DNA from: Candidatus Poribacteria bacterium
GTDB lineage: Bacteria > Poribacteria > WGA-4E > WGA-3G
Assembly (NCBI GenBank): GCA_012271015.1
Contig: JAAXHD010000123.1
Coordinates: 32,138-96,137, forward strand
Direction: 5' to 3'
Length of the DNA: 64,000 bases
Below, piece by piece: positions 20,003-29,163 of this stretch. The position numbers and the translations under genes are program-made. The notes beneath the pieces are model-generated. The model had not been told where the DNA came from, did not search any database, and worked only from the letters and a program-made list of their open reading frames with translations. Numbering within the stretch: the stretch's first letter is position 1; each line of letters starts with the position of its first letter.

Positions 20003-20601
20003 TGCCAAAACGTAGAAGAAAGCCCAGAAACGACGATGTTTCGGACGTGAATGGAGAAGATGATGTCGTCCTGCGTGAGACAACACCCCTGCAATTGCGC
20101 TACTACGGCGATCCAGTCCTTCGTAAAAGAGCTAAACCGATTGCAGAGATCACAGAGGCAGAACTCCAACTCGCTGAAGAGATGCTGATGACGCTGGAAG
20201 CTACAGGTAACGGTATTGGACTCGCCGCAACACAAGTCGGTGTTTTGAAGAGGCTCATCGTTGTCAACATAGGTGAAGTTGACGATGAGGTATACGAACC
20301 TCTGGTGCTGTTTAACCCCGAAATTCTCAGTTCTGAGGGAGAAATTGTTGTTGAGGAAGGATGCCTCAGTATCCCCGATGTAACCGCTGATGTGAAACGT
20401 CCAGAGCGAATTGTCGTTGAGGGGATTGATGTCCAGCGTGAATCTATTCGTATTGAAGCCGATGGCTTATTCGCTCGCGTTCTGCTACACGAAATAGATC
20501 ATCTCAACGGTGTACTTTTCATTGACCGGATCAGCGGATTAAAGCGCCGTTTGTTGAGTGATGAATTGCAGAGACTGCAACAGGCTCAGCATCCCTCTTA
20601 A
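20003..20601 (+). CDS. def: Peptide deformylase
   Basis: The three PDF motifs GIGLAATQVG, EGCLS and HEIDHLNG. TTGACA-17-TAACAT lies upstream (19916..19944). The ORF track starts further upstream at 19918. Confidence 0.85.
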
Positions 20602-20646
20602 AAGTAGTAGGCACGCTCTGACGTGCCGTTACATGTTGAGCAACAT

Positions 20647-21483
20647 ATGCAAAAACAGAAACTCGAACCTATCCTACAAACAAAACTGGACCATCTCTAT
20701 GCGTGCTTACGGGCTTATGAGAAGATCATCGTTGCCTTTTCTGGCGGTGTTGATAGCACATTTCTTGCAGAGGCGGCACAACACGCATTAGGTGATAACG
20801 CTCTTGCTGTTACTGCCATTTCAGACTCCTATCCGATCCGAGAAATGAGAGCGGCACAAGATATCGCCAAACAGATCGGGATTCGTTTTGAGACCGTCCA
20901 CACGCAAGAATTAGATCTGGAGGGTTACGCGAGCAACCCAACGAACCGATGTTTTTTCTGTAAGACGGAGTTGTTCGACAAATTACAGCCCATCGCTGAA
21001 AAATACGATGTGGGAACGATTGTCTATGGTGCAATCCCGGATGATGTCGGAGACCACCGCCCAGGGATGGACGCCGCGAAGCAGATGGGTATCCAAGCTC
21101 CCTTGATCGATGTTGACCTGACGAAAGCAGAGATTCGTAAGATTTCAAAGGTGTGGAACCTTCCAACATGGGACAAACCCGCGTTTGCCTGTCTCTCCTC
21201 ACGGTTTCCTTACGGCATGCGTATCACCCGTGAACTCCTACGACAGGTAGATGCCGCCGAGCAATTTCTCTATGACTTAGGCATCCGTCAATTCCGCGTC
21301 CGACACCATGGAGACCTTGCACGCATTGAACTCGAAGCGGAGGAGATCTCGCGGATGCTTTCAAAAACCGTGCGCCATGACATCAGCACACACTTCAAAA
21401 CACTCGGATATACGCATGTCGCGCTCGACCTGCAGGGGTATCGTTCCGGGAGCCTGAACGAGGGGATTGCTACTGATGTATGA
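20647..21483 (+). CDS. PP-loop ATP pyrophosphatase, LarE-like (TIGR00268 family)
   Basis: SGGVDS PP-loop plus the conserved FACLSSRFPYG C-terminal motif. The alternative GTG start is at 20623. Confidence 0.6.
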   Translation: MQKQKLEPILQTKLDHLYACLRAYEKIIVAFSGGVDSTFLAEAAQHALGDNALAVTAISDSYPIREMRAAQDIAKQIGIRFETVHTQELDLEGYASNPTNRCFFCKTELFDKLQPIAEKYDVGTIVYGAIPDDVGDHRPGMDAAKQMGIQAPLIDVDLTKAEIRKISKVWNLPTWDKPAFACLSSRFPYGMRITRELLRQVDAAEQFLYDLGIRQFRVRHHGDLARIELEAEEISRMLSKTVRHDISTHFKTLGYTHVALDLQGYRSGSLNEGIATDV

Positions 21484-21949
21484 AGTTAAACCTAATTGGT
21501 GCTATGGCTGTAACTCTGTGTTCGTTATTGACATTAATGGTCCGTATTCTGCCTGTTCGTGCTGATCGATATGAGTGGCGAGAGGCTTATGTTCCTGGTG
21601 TAAGCCTTAAACCTATCGGACATCTTCCGGCAAGACTGTGTGAGCGGTGTGCGATTGTTGATATGGAAAATGAGGATCAAAGCGAGGCCCGGCGGCGTAG
21701 TTAGCGTATAATTTATCAATGTCCGCGTTATCGTTGTGTATGGCGTTACGACGGTTACGGTGCTAGGCATCTCCGTGTCCGTAAAGGCACATGCACCTCC
21801 TACCGTTTTTATGAGGTTGAGTCATTAGGTACTAAATCCTCGGTTTGGAATCCTGTTAGCCGCTTATCTAAGTGTGTATGTCCAATTTGTAGTAAGAAAG
21901 AAGAAATGTTTGATAATATTGCTAATGAAGATCATCCTTATTAGCCCCC

Positions 21950-22300
21950 ATGAAATACGCCTATGCTTCCCTGTATAGTATTTCCAATATTATGACTGCT
22001 GCGGGAGGAAGTATTAAAATGTACAAAATGAGAGGTATTAACCTTAAGACCTACCGATCCACCCAAAAAATACAACGGCAGAAGAAGCGATCGAGTTCAA
22101 AGGAACTCTCGGTGAAAAAAAAGACACTCACACAAGCTGAAAAGGAATCGTTAGCAAGAAAAATTCAGGACGGTCACGACGAAAATATTAACAAAAGTTT
22201 TGTGGGAAAAGCGAATCCGATCTATTTAACGATAACCGCCATCGTGTTGATTGCCCTATTTTTCCTTTACGTTGCTTGGGTCGTTAGCACTTCATCATAA
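21950..22300 (+). CDS. Hypothetical small basic protein with a C-terminal TM helix
   Basis: ORF only. Lys-rich with a C-terminal hydrophobic segment. Sits in a low-GC, poorly coding region. Confidence 0.25.
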   Translation: MKYAYASLYSISNIMTAAGGSIKMYKMRGINLKTYRSTQKIQRQKKRSSSKELSVKKKTLTQAEKESLARKIQDGHDENINKSFVGKANPIYLTITAIVLIALFFLYVAWVVSTSS

Positions 22301-22317
22301 ACCGTAAACAATTTAAC

Positions 22318-23652
22318 ATGTCCAGTCAACAAACACAATCGCTTATCGGTGTAGAGACCTTTAGTTGGAAGAAGTGGGATGCCTGTACACACTGTGGACT
22401 CTGTTTACCCACTTGTCCAACCTACCGAGAATTAGGTTTAGAAACGGATTCACCAAGGGGTAGATTATATCTCATGGGGAGTGCCTTTAAGGATGAAGAT
22501 GCTACCCCACTCAATGAGGAATGGTCGGAATATATCTATAGATGCTTGGACTGTCGGGCGTGTGAAACCGCTTGTCCTTCCGGCGTTCACTTCGGAGAAC
22601 TGCTTGAGGAGGCACGCGCCATCTATGAACAGAACGCCCCTCGCTCAGCAGCCTACCGATTCTGGACGAACCTCGTCTTTAAACAAATTCTACCGAATAA
22701 GGAGCGGTTGGACCAGATCTTCGAGTTGATGTGGCTCTACCAACGACTCGGTATTCGATGGCTCGTTCAAAAAACGGGTATCCTGAAACTCATGGGGCAA
22801 CTCGGGCAGATGGAATCACTACTCCCGAAGATCCCACCACCACAATTGAAATACACAATACGCGACATTACACCCGCGGCAGGCGAAACTCGATATCGTG
22901 TCGGATTCATACCCGGATGTATCATGAACCAAGTCTTCACTGAGACGAACGTCGCAACTATTCGGGTCTTAGCGCAGAACGGATGCGAGGTGGTCACCCC
23001 CCGACAACAGACCTGCTGCGGTGCATTACATCTTCACAATGGCGTGCGAGATATCGCTTCATCTCTCGCTAAGCAGAACATAGACGCATTTGAAGCGGAG
23101 AACTTAGACGCGATCATCATCAATTCCGCTGGCTGCGGTGCGACGCTTAAGGAATACGAGGCACTTTTAGAACACGATACGGCTTACGCCGAGAAAGCGA
23201 AACGTTTCAGTCATAAGATGCGAGACATCAGCGAATTCTTAGCAGAGATCGAGATGGTCGCACCGAGAGGAAGCATCGAAAGGCGCGTTACTTACGACGA
23301 ACCGTGCCATCTTCTGCACGGGCAAAGCGTACAGGCACAACCTCGCAAGGTTCTTCAAGCGATACCCGGACTGGAGTTGATTGAGCTAACTGAATCCGAA
23401 TGGTGTTGCGGGAGTGCCGGGATTTATAACATCACACAACCCGAACTGTCACAGGAAATTTTAGAACGGAAGATGACGCACATCGCCGAAACCGATGCGG
23501 ACATCGTCGCGACTGGAAATCCCGGTTGCTTGCTCCAGATTCAACTCGGTATTCAAAAACACGGATTATCCATGAAAGCCATGCATCCTGTTAATCTCTT
23601 AGACTATGCTTATCGGGGTATCTCTCCAGAGGATTTTTTGCCTGAACAGTAA
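22318..23652 (+). CDS. (Fe-S)-binding oxidoreductase, GlcF-like (glycolate oxidase iron-sulfur subunit family)
   Basis: Two 4Fe-4S ferredoxin-type Cys clusters (CTHCGLCLPTCP and CLDCRACETACP) followed by CCG-type cysteine-rich domains. Confidence 0.6.
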   Translation: MSSQQTQSLIGVETFSWKKWDACTHCGLCLPTCPTYRELGLETDSPRGRLYLMGSAFKDEDATPLNEEWSEYIYRCLDCRACETACPSGVHFGELLEEARAIYEQNAPRSAAYRFWTNLVFKQILPNKERLDQIFELMWLYQRLGIRWLVQKTGILKLMGQLGQMESLLPKIPPPQLKYTIRDITPAAGETRYRVGFIPGCIMNQVFTETNVATIRVLAQNGCEVVTPRQQTCCGALHLHNGVRDIASSLAKQNIDAFEAENLDAIIINSAGCGATLKEYEALLEHDTAYAEKAKRFSHKMRDISEFLAEIEMVAPRGSIERRVTYDEPCHLLHGQSVQAQPRKVLQAIPGLELIELTESEWCCGSAGIYNITQPELSQEILERKMTHIAETDADIVATGNPGCLLQIQLGIQKHGLSMKAMHPVNLLDYAYRGISPEDFLPEQ

Positions 23653-23671
23653 GGGAAGGTTGTTAAAAAAA

Positions 23672-24250
23672 ATGTTTTTATCAGATAAAGATATAATCCA
23701 ATATATAAACAAGGGGAAAATCAAAATCTCCCCCGAACCCGATTTGAAAACACAACTTGGCAGTTGCTCTATAGACTTCAGATTGAGCAACACCTTTCGT
23801 GTGTTTGAGCATAGTAAATACCCGTACATCGATCTGCGTGCAGAGATTGATACCAATGACCTGATGCGGAGGGTTGATGTCCCTGACGGGGATGCCTTCA
23901 CGATGCAACCGGGTGAGTTTGTCTTGGCAGCAACACAGGAAACACTCGAATTAGCAGACGATGTGCTGGCACGGCTTGAAGGCAGAAGCAGTTTAGGGAG
24001 GCTGGGTATTATCGTCCACAGTACCGCTGGGCTTTTCGATCCGGGCTGGATCGGTATCCCTACCTTGGAGTTAGGGAACCTCGGTCGTATGCCGGTCAAA
24101 TTGTACCCAGGGATGCGGATCTGTGCGTTCACTTTTGCGCAACTTTCTTCGAGTGCCCATGTGCCCTATCAACTCAAACCGGCGAACAAATATGCGGGAC
24201 AAGACGGTCCAGAAACGAGCCGTTTTGCCAAAGACGTTGAATTCTTGTAG
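23672..24250 (+). CDS. dcd: dCTP deaminase
   Basis: 192 aa. MFLSDKDIIQYI N-terminus and the GRSSLGRLGI motif typical of dCTP deaminase/dUTPase-fold enzymes. ATG 23672 is in frame within the longer ORF 23606. Confidence 0.7.
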   Translation: MFLSDKDIIQYINKGKIKISPEPDLKTQLGSCSIDFRLSNTFRVFEHSKYPYIDLRAEIDTNDLMRRVDVPDGDAFTMQPGEFVLAATQETLELADDVLARLEGRSSLGRLGIIVHSTAGLFDPGWIGIPTLELGNLGRMPVKLYPGMRICAFTFAQLSSSAHVPYQLKPANKYAGQDGPETSRFAKDVEFL

Positions 24251-24472
24251 GAGCAACCTTTAGGTTGGGACGCTGCGCGCAAAAAACGGGCAATGCCATG
24301 CCTAATAATTTAGCAATATCTTGGGATTTGTAGTATTAGGCATGAACAATAAATCCGGCAGCAATTCGTTCTCGCTGCCTCTCTCGCTTTGCCCCTGTGT
24401 CTCGTGATTTCACACGAGAATTAATCACCTATTTTCGTCGACAAATGCTATCTTATGCCTATCAAAGTCGAT

Positions 24473-24488
24473 TGGCATAAATTTTGCT
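24473..24488 (+). promoter_or_regulatory. Candidate sigma54 (RpoN) promoter for glnA: TGGCAT-N5-TTGCT
   Basis: GG at 24474-75 and GC at 24486-87 have the canonical -24/-12 spacing, about 230 nt upstream of the glnA ATG. An 11-bp inverted repeat CATGCCTAATA...TATTAGGCATG at 24298..24344 lies about 130-175 bp further upstream, which is an enhancer-like position. Confidence 0.45.
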
Positions 24489-24718
24489 TAACCATTCAGT
24501 AAGACACTCGTCAAGTGGTATGAGTTGCACGTTCAGTTGACGGAGTTAGGATATTTTTTTGAATTATCGAAACGGGTTTTAGGATAATCCAGGCTTTCGT
24601 GCCGCGTTTATCCTATACCGTTTCATCAGATTATAGTCTCGGTCTTTGGATCGAGGAAGTTTTGGTTTTTGATAGCAAGTTTCGGCTATCAAGTTAGCCG
24701 AAATTAGGAGGATATGTA

Positions 24719-26134
24719 ATGACACCAAGCGAGGTGGTTGCACTTGCAAAAGACAATGATATAAAGATAGTCGATCTAAAATTCATGGATCTGCCCGGAA
24801 TGTGGCAACACTTTTCCATGATGGCAGACGAATTGACTGAAGACCTTTTTGAAGAAGGTGCTGGTTTTGACGGTTCGAGTATCCGTGGTTTCCAGGCAAT
24901 TAACGAGAGCGATATGTTGCTCTTCCCGGATCCAGCGACCGCCCTTGTCGACCCCGTCTGCAAGGTGCCGACGCTAAGCATCACGTGTAACATCAAAGAT
25001 CCGATTACGTTGGAGAACTATACACGCGATGTCCGGCATATTGCTCAGAAAGCAGAAGCGTATCTCCAAGCCACCGGCATTGCGGATACGAGTTATTGGG
25101 GTCCTGAGGCAGAATTCTATCTCCTCAACGACATCCGCTACGGGCAGGACCAACATTCCGGTTTCTATTCTGTCGATTCTGTTGAGGGAAGTTGGAATTC
25201 AGGTCGCGAAGAGAATCCGAACCTTGGATATAAACCGCGCTACAAAGAGGGTTACTTCCCAGTCCCACCTTCGGATACACTTCAAGACCTCCGTTCCGAA
25301 ATCTGTCTGAAGTTGATGGAAGCTGGCGTTGATGTGGAAGTTCACCACCATGAAGTGGGAACCGCGGGTCAAGGCGAAATCGACATCCGTTTTGGTGAAT
25401 TAACCGAGACTGGCGATAAGATTGCGTTGTATAAGTACATCATCAAGAACATGGCGCGCGCAAACAACCTCGTCGCGACTTTCATGCCGAAACCGCTTTT
25501 CCAAGACAATGGTTCTGGAATGCATGTCCACCAAAGTCTCTGGAAAAACGGCAAGAACGTCTTCTACGATCCACAGGGGTATTCGCTCCTGAGTGAGGAT
25601 GCGCTCTATTACATCGGTGGCTTGCTCACGCATGCCCGGTCACTCTGTGCAATCATCGCTCCGACAACCAACTCCTACAAGCGGTTGGTCCCAGGGTACG
25701 AAGCACCCGTGAACATCGCTTACTCACAACGCAACCGTAGTGCATGTGTCCGTATTCCCGTCTACTCAAAGAGCGAGAAGGCAAAAAGGGTCGAATTCCG
25801 GACACCGGATCCGTCTTGTAATCCTTATCTCGCTTTCAGCGCATTGCTGATGGCAGGACTTGACGGCATACAGAATCGTATCCATCCAGGTGAACCCCTG
25901 GACAAAGACCTCTATGACCTTGAACCCGAAGAACTCGCCGACATCGAGTCCACTCCAGTGTCCCTCGGTGATTCCTTGGATGCCTTAGAGGAAGACCACG
26001 AATATCTCCTCAAGGGCGACGTGTTCACCCAAGACGTCTTGGATGTCTGGCTTGATTACAAACGTGAAAATGAAGTCGATGCAGTCAACATGCGACCGCA
26101 TCCGTATGAATTCTTCCTCTATCACGACATTTAG
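24719..26134 (+). CDS. glnA: Glutamine synthetase type I
   Basis: 471 aa. GS-I N-terminal beta-grasp (..IKIVDLKFMDLPGMWQHF..) and catalytic-domain motifs. SD AGGAGG 8 nt upstream. Confidence 0.9.
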   Translation: MTPSEVVALAKDNDIKIVDLKFMDLPGMWQHFSMMADELTEDLFEEGAGFDGSSIRGFQAINESDMLLFPDPATALVDPVCKVPTLSITCNIKDPITLENYTRDVRHIAQKAEAYLQATGIADTSYWGPEAEFYLLNDIRYGQDQHSGFYSVDSVEGSWNSGREENPNLGYKPRYKEGYFPVPPSDTLQDLRSEICLKLMEAGVDVEVHHHEVGTAGQGEIDIRFGELTETGDKIALYKYIIKNMARANNLVATFMPKPLFQDNGSGMHVHQSLWKNGKNVFYDPQGYSLLSEDALYYIGGLLTHARSLCAIIAPTTNSYKRLVPGYEAPVNIAYSQRNRSACVRIPVYSKSEKAKRVEFRTPDPSCNPYLAFSALLMAGLDGIQNRIHPGEPLDKDLYDLEPEELADIESTPVSLGDSLDALEEDHEYLLKGDVFTQDVLDVWLDYKRENEVDAVNMRPHPYEFFLYHDI

Positions 26135-26259
26135 GTCGTGTGAACTCGGAAGTCGTGCGATCACAACGGTCGTGTTCTCACTGCGAAGCAGTGCTTCCAC
26201 AGAGGTTTGATAAATCACTCTATAGGGCGGACTCTCACATCCGCCCACCGCACTCGTAA

Positions 26260-26673
<414 letters not shown>

Positions 26674-26688
26674 TTTTTCATTCATGTA

Positions 26689-26721
26689 GGGGCGGATGTT
26701 CTCCATATCCGTCCCTTTTTC
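26689..26721 (+). terminator. Rho-independent terminator downstream of glnB
   Basis: GGGGCGGAT-gttctccat-ATCCGTCCC is a 9-bp stem (one G-U pair) followed by TTTTTC. Confidence 0.55.
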
Positions 26722-26930
26722 ATGTCATCCGTTCCAATTTATTGGAATACCTTCTCGTTATATTCTCTCGTCCCTATCCTTTCCGATCTCTACCTATTAC
26801 TGTTTTCTCCCTTTCCTCAAAATCAATTTCGCGACTTAAGGAATTTTATCGGATATTCACCGAATTTTGCAGAAAGAATCAATGTAAAACGATCCTTTTT
26901 CGTCAAAACCAGACTTTTTTTCAAATTCAC

Positions 26931-26958
26931 TTGACAAAAAAAAAATAAAGTTTAGAAT
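26931..26958 (+). promoter_or_regulatory. Near-consensus sigma70-type promoter (TTGACA-16-TAGAAT)
   Basis: -35 at 26931-26936, -10 at 26953-26958. It points into a roughly 150-nt leader before the small ORF at 27116. Confidence 0.5.
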
Positions 26959-27115
26959 GTATTAGAAGTTGAATAGAAAAAGATTTTTGATTGCAAGAAC
27001 TATTATCTATTCTACTACATAGAAATGTTAGAAGAAGTATTTGTACTCTGATAGAATAGTTTGGACCGATCCACATACTTTCACACTCCCTTATTTTCAG
27101 AAAGGACAACCTATA

Positions 27116-27298
27116 ATGCGGAAAAAGATTTTGATAATTGCTATCGCAGCATTTTTGGTGCTGGGATTTTTGCCAATATCGCCAGCTCCTGTATCCCCAC
27201 CTGAAGCTGAAGCAGACTCGTTCCACATTGAGTGCAAGTTGATAATTAGTACCGACTATATAGGTATATTCTGTTGGTGGGAATCCCACGATCACTAA
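27116..27298 (+). CDS. Small (60 aa) putative secreted Cys-containing peptide
   Basis: MRKKILIIAIAAFLVLGFLPISPAPVSPPEAEA is signal-peptide-like. Mature part DSFHIECKLIISTDYIGIFCWWESHDH has two Cys. AAAGGA SD. Hypothetical. Confidence 0.3.
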   Translation: MRKKILIIAIAAFLVLGFLPISPAPVSPPEAEADSFHIECKLIISTDYIGIFCWWESHDH

Positions 27299-27665
27299 TA
27301 GCGAAACTATGGTAGATTTCAGAATTATGGTGGATTTTAGAATTACCTGGACATTCTGCATCGGCGAGGTTAGGAAACCTCGCCTACCCGGGGATGAAAG
27401 TGTCCATGTATTTTCAGCATTTACCATAATTGGACCCTTTCAAATAGTGTGAATGCCTCCAACAGGCATTCACACTAGAAACCCAAACTAAAAGTTTATG
27501 CTACAAAGATGTCTACTTATTTATAGGTTTTACCATAGTAATAATCTGAAGGGTTTTGCATAGGTAGTGATATAGCACAGCTTTCATGATTGAGAAGCTG
27601 CGTCTTTAACGACTTGAGTTTTCATTAGGCCTTAGTAATACCCTTATAACTTGTATGGAGAAACA

Positions 27666-28277
27666 ATGCGATTTCTAATTATCTTCATCGGTCTTATTTG
27701 TTTGTCACACTTCACTTCTGGATGCATAGGCAATCAGGGGAAAATTCCGAATCAAGAGCACACACCTACAAAGGATGCACAAACTGCCACAGCTATTGAA
27801 GACGCGATAAACACCGGAGAAAAACCACCTCCCGAGGATAGTCAGGTAGAAGATCACATCCTTGGAGACGGTCAACAAGGAAGTACCCTGACTGACCTCA
27901 CAGTAGATGAGGCGCAAGAGCATTACCTTGCATTTTTTTCGCTTCTCAAGACGGACCAGGAAGCCGCGATTGCTGAGCTCTCCGAGTACGTTAAACTTCG
28001 GTTCGGGACGCACTCGCTTGCTGACAAATGGATCAGACTCGCCAATCGCCTCGTTCTTGATGAAAAAGGAACTTTTTTGGATATGAAACATTATACGGAA
28101 TGGCATCTTCAGATGCTAATAGATGTGGAACCTGAAAAGCGGACTGCGGCACATACGGATTTGCTTGAAATTCATCAGAATGCTATGAATCAGATTGAAG
28201 TGATGGGCAAAATGCTTGAGAAACAAGGCAAGAATCTGGAAACCTATGAAATGCCCGCTCAGTTTATTACACAATAA
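27666..28277 (+). CDS. Putative lipoprotein
   Basis: MRFLIIFIGLICLSHFTSGC has a lipobox (TSGC). GGAG SD 8 nt upstream of ATG 27666. The ORF track starts at TTG 27651. Confidence 0.45.
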   Translation: MRFLIIFIGLICLSHFTSGCIGNQGKIPNQEHTPTKDAQTATAIEDAINTGEKPPPEDSQVEDHILGDGQQGSTLTDLTVDEAQEHYLAFFSLLKTDQEAAIAELSEYVKLRFGTHSLADKWIRLANRLVLDEKGTFLDMKHYTEWHLQMLIDVEPEKRTAAHTDLLEIHQNAMNQIEVMGKMLEKQGKNLETYEMPAQFITQ

Positions 28278-28303
28278 TAGTGGCATTTCATTTGTTCTCA
28301 TAA

Positions 28304-29050
28304 ATGGAAAATGATATGAAGATACAATCTTATATTAAAGTATTAGGTATCGGGGCGATTCTGACTGTCCTAATTTGTAGTGGTCTTTTTTTCTACCTCC
28401 GCTGGGAGAATCAACGCTTTGTGGGGGAACTTCCAGCGTTACCCAAATTTGAAGATATTTCAGTCCCAGTTGAACAAAGGGGGTTGAAACTGAAAAAATA
28501 TCCAGCACAGATGCCCTCCGTAACAACTGTGGAACCTGAAGTTTTGGAAAACCCTTCCATAACTCCTGAAATATCCGATATCGAAACAGAAAAACAAGCG
28601 TTTCAAGAAACAGATACAGACGAGTTTGACTTGGAATTGGATCCACTTTCCCTTTCTATAATAGAACTTCCGGAAGCATTACCGGAATCACCTGTTGAGG
28701 GAATTGACTGGGTAAGGGTGAAGGCAGCCAGTCAAGATTACAACGACTTTCTTGAAGCCGATCCTGATTATGCTTATGATCGGCTTACGGACCGCTTTAA
28801 AGAGATGTTTGGAGACCGTCCTGAAATTGAGACACTGGTTGAGAATATCAGACGTTCAAATGAAGGCACCTTGACTCTTGATGACGCAATTGCCATGGCA
28901 GAAGCCTCTATAAGTCTTCTACCCGCGGAGGAAACTGAAGCGATAAGGCAGCTGTCGGAAAATCTTGAAGTCTTCCGAGAAATCAAGGCATTCCAAGAGG
29001 AAGGCGGACATGTGAATGTCGAATTCAACATCTCCGTGGGAGGAGAGTAA
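28304..29050 (+). CDS. Hypothetical acidic membrane-anchored protein
   Basis: N-terminal TM helix followed by a Glu/Asp-rich region. No recognisable motif. Confidence 0.35.
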   Translation: MENDMKIQSYIKVLGIGAILTVLICSGLFFYLRWENQRFVGELPALPKFEDISVPVEQRGLKLKKYPAQMPSVTTVEPEVLENPSITPEISDIETEKQAFQETDTDEFDLELDPLSLSIIELPEALPESPVEGIDWVRVKAASQDYNDFLEADPDYAYDRLTDRFKEMFGDRPEIETLVENIRRSNEGTLTLDDAIAMAEASISLLPAEETEAIRQLSENLEVFREIKAFQEEGGHVNVEFNISVGGE

Positions 29051-29163
29051 AACACACTCTATCTCCACTTTCCTCGGGTGCGGTATCTCCGCAGTGCTCT
29101 GTTTAACGCTTCTGTATCACGTCTACATGCTGTAGAGGTACCTTTCAAACCCGGCCCTACAAC

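Noticed and set aside
24298-24344. Inverted repeat upstream of glnA as a cyanobacterial NtcA site
   Set aside because: Does not match GTA-N8-TAC. The gene content does not look cyanobacterial. It is more consistent with an enhancer-like palindrome for a sigma54 activator.
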